The position numbers were made by a program, and so were the translations under genes. Shown here piece after piece: positions 61,670 through 64,000 of a stretch of DNA of 64,000 nt. Below the pieces are notes generated by a model that did not search any database, was not told the DNA's origin, and saw only the letters and a list, made by a program, of their open reading frames with translations. Origin of the DNA: Eledone cirrhosa (taxonomy: Eukaryota); assembly GCA_964016885.1 (NCBI GenBank), contig CAXHJY010000306.1, positions 2,564-66,563 on the forward strand. Direction: 5' to 3'. Positions within the stretch are counted from its first letter, which is position 1; every line of letters starts with the position of its first letter.

Positions 61670-62177
61670 AAAACAAATAACGAAACGAAATTAAATTTCG
61701 TTTCGTTTGTAACTCACTTTTGTATGACTGACGCTTAAACAATTAAGTTAAAAATGTACATCCACATATGTATACTGAAATACTAGTATGCATATGAATA
61801 CACACACGTATACATATGTAGATGTACCGAGTTTTTCACTGGTCACTTTACTGTGAGTGTCCAGCTATTCTGTATGTAAACACACAGACAAACCGGTTTT
61901 TAGAGTCACACTGGTTTTTGAGGAAACACCTTTCCTCTATTCTCCAGAAAGCCAGACAAGGAATATTGAACTAGTTTCGTTGTTGTTACAACTCATCAGC
62001 AATATTTACCTATCTTCCGGCCTTTCTAGAGAATCGTAAAAGCACATATCGTTATATGCCTTTTCTATGAAAATTAGTAGTGGGCAGACCAATTTGCATA
62101 GAGCGTGAGTACGTACCGTGAGAAGACTATCAAGAGGGGAGCGAGAGAGATAGCGGGAAGAGTGAGGGGGAAGGTCA

Positions 62178-62214
<37 letters not shown>

Positions 62215-62720
62215 CTCGTTGATCTAGAGAGAGGGAGAAAGAGAGCTCGTTGAGAGAGGGAGAGAGAGAGAGAGGAAGGAAGGAGAGAGATAGAGACAGC
62301 GTGAGCAACAGCAGTTCACAAATATAAAAATAAATTTTTAAATTTAAATTAATGAATGGAAGAAACCGGAAACATAGAGATATAGAAACACGATGTAAGT
62401 TGCATATATAAGCTGAATGTAAATGTTTGTTTACAAATATACAAAGTTATTGTAATATCAGCATATCATACAAGAAACAACGAAATCGGGTCAAATACAG
62501 ATAAGATTATACCAAATCAAACAAGATTATATCAAATTAAATTATGTTACTCAGAAAAATCAAAATTAATACAAGATCTGCTTAAGTTAAACCAAAATGC
62601 TCTGTAGGATAGTCAAGAAAAATAGAAAGCACGTGTGTGTGTTGTCTCCTATGAAGGAATCATACAGTGAAAATAAACATGTTCAAAACGGTAATATATG
62701 TAAAATATACTTCAAAATAA
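61670..62720 (-). mobile_element. Non-coding hammerhead-bearing insert (PLE pLTR-like or retrozyme-like)
   Basis: Perfect hammerhead at 61962-62006; terminal 14-bp inverted repeat 61679-61707; internal (GA)n; TA on both sides; boundaries approximate. Confidence 0.55.
61962..62006 (-). ncRNA. Canonical minimal type I hammerhead ribozyme
   Basis: Minus strand reads AAUAUUG-CUGAUGA-GUUGU aaca ACAAC-GAAA-CUAG-UU-CAAUAUU: 7-bp stem I, 5-bp stem II, palindromic AACUAGUU stem III, GUU triplet. Confidence 0.9.
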
Positions 62721-62751
62721 TTGTATATATATATATGTATGTATATATATA

Positions 62752-64000
62752 TGTCTGTTGTAAACACTAAATCCCTCCCCCATGAAGAATGCACCTCCCA
62801 ACATAGACTGATAATTAGCGACCTCATAGTCAGGACGAGACGTACTCGACAGCAGAAGAGGACTATCCTCAGGAGAAAAATATGGAAGCTAAAGGACCCC
62901 ACAGCCAGGAATAAATTTCAAAGCATATTACTTGATGCTTTCGACAGTAAGGAAGAACATTTAGAGTCGGACAATATAGAGGGAGAGTGGGAATTTCTGA
63001 AAGCAAACCTCCTGTTGGCGACAGACGAAGTCTGTGGCTGGAGCAGGCCTGTAGGCAGGAGGAGAGTAACATGGTGGTGGAACAGTAAGGTGGAGGGGTC
63101 GATTAAGGCCAAAAAGCAGGCTTGGAAAGTATGGCGGGATGGGGGAAGTAGAGAAGACTATCAAGTGGCCAGGAGGGAAGCTAGGAGAGAAGTGTACTTA
63201 GCAAGAAGGGAAGCTGAGGAAAGAAAGTTCAAGCATGTTCTACAACGCGATGACCAAAAACGTGAGGTGTTCAGGATTGCTAGGCAATGCGTCAAGGAAA
63301 ACCGTGATATTGTCGGGGAGAAGTGTGTACTAAACGACGATGGCACACTTGCCATCACCGACGCTGATAAGAAGGTAGCTTGGAAGTGTCACTATGAAAG
63401 GCTACTAAATGAGGAGAATAAATGGGAGAAAGACAGTCTCCCCCATATCGACCCAATAGAGGGACCAGCAGTGTTAGTCGAGGGGAGTATAATAAGTAAG
63501 GCAATCAAGAATATGAAGACTGGTAAGGCGGCTGGGCCTTCGGAAATAGTTGCTGAGATGCTGAAGGCATCTGGCACGGTGGGACACACCATGGTCACCC
63601 GCATAGTTAACCAAGTCGTACAGAATGGGGTTGTTCCGAAAGACTGGCATAGCAGCATCATCGTTAACTGTTATAAGGGTAAAGGAGACGCCCTAGTTAG
63701 GAGTAACTATAGAGGCATTAAATTAATCGACCAGGTCATGAAGGTCACGGAAAAAGTAATAGCGCAACTAATCAGAGAGTGAATTGACCTAGATGAAATG
63801 CAGTTCGGGTTTGTGTCAGGCAAAAGTACCACAGACGCTCTTTTCATAGTACGACAACTACAGGAGAAGTACCTAGCTAAAGGTAAACCCCTCTACTTAG
63901 CTTTTGTCGACTTGGAGAAAGCCTTCGACAGAGTCCCCCGCTCCATTATCTGGTGGGCTCTTAGAAAACTAGGCGTTGACGAATGGCTTGTGAGGGCTAT
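62752..64000 (+). mobile_element. Younger RTE-clade LINE, 5'-truncated, running off the window
   Basis: Open frame from the endonuclease end (SQHRLII) to NYRGIKL; single TGA at 63780-63782, then QFGF..STTDALF..FVDLEKAFDRVP; starts in a TA run. Confidence 0.92.

Overview
Eukaryotic, very AT-rich, repeat-dominated DNA. The SINE/RTE repertoire and the giant (TA)n fields suggest a cephalopod (Octopus-like) genome, but this is an inference. About 40% of the window is (TA)n microsatellite with G interruptions, and nearly all long ORFs in the track are I/Y/M/C/V artefacts of it. No host protein-coding gene can be recognised. Real coding content is transposon-derived: a near-intact CR1-group LINE ORF2 (13661-16753), a Penelope-like GIY-YIG element (16981-18340, minus), several RTE LINE copies, an internally deleted piggyBac nested in a Helitron-like element, a pogo/Tigger remnant and many tRNA-derived SINEs. 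Most notable are: (1) several hammerhead-ribozyme motifs in Penelope-like or non-coding inserts, one of them textbook-perfect at 61962-62006 (minus); (2) a 619-bp-unit, 1.23-copy insert that looks copied from a circular or tandem template; (3) a ~610-bp non-autonomous RTE-derived retroposon found only inside (TA)n; (4) the repeated use of (TA)n arrays as landing sites by unrelated retroelements; and (5) a hidden ~2.8-kb duplication plus a strand-biased interruption pattern within the microsatellites.
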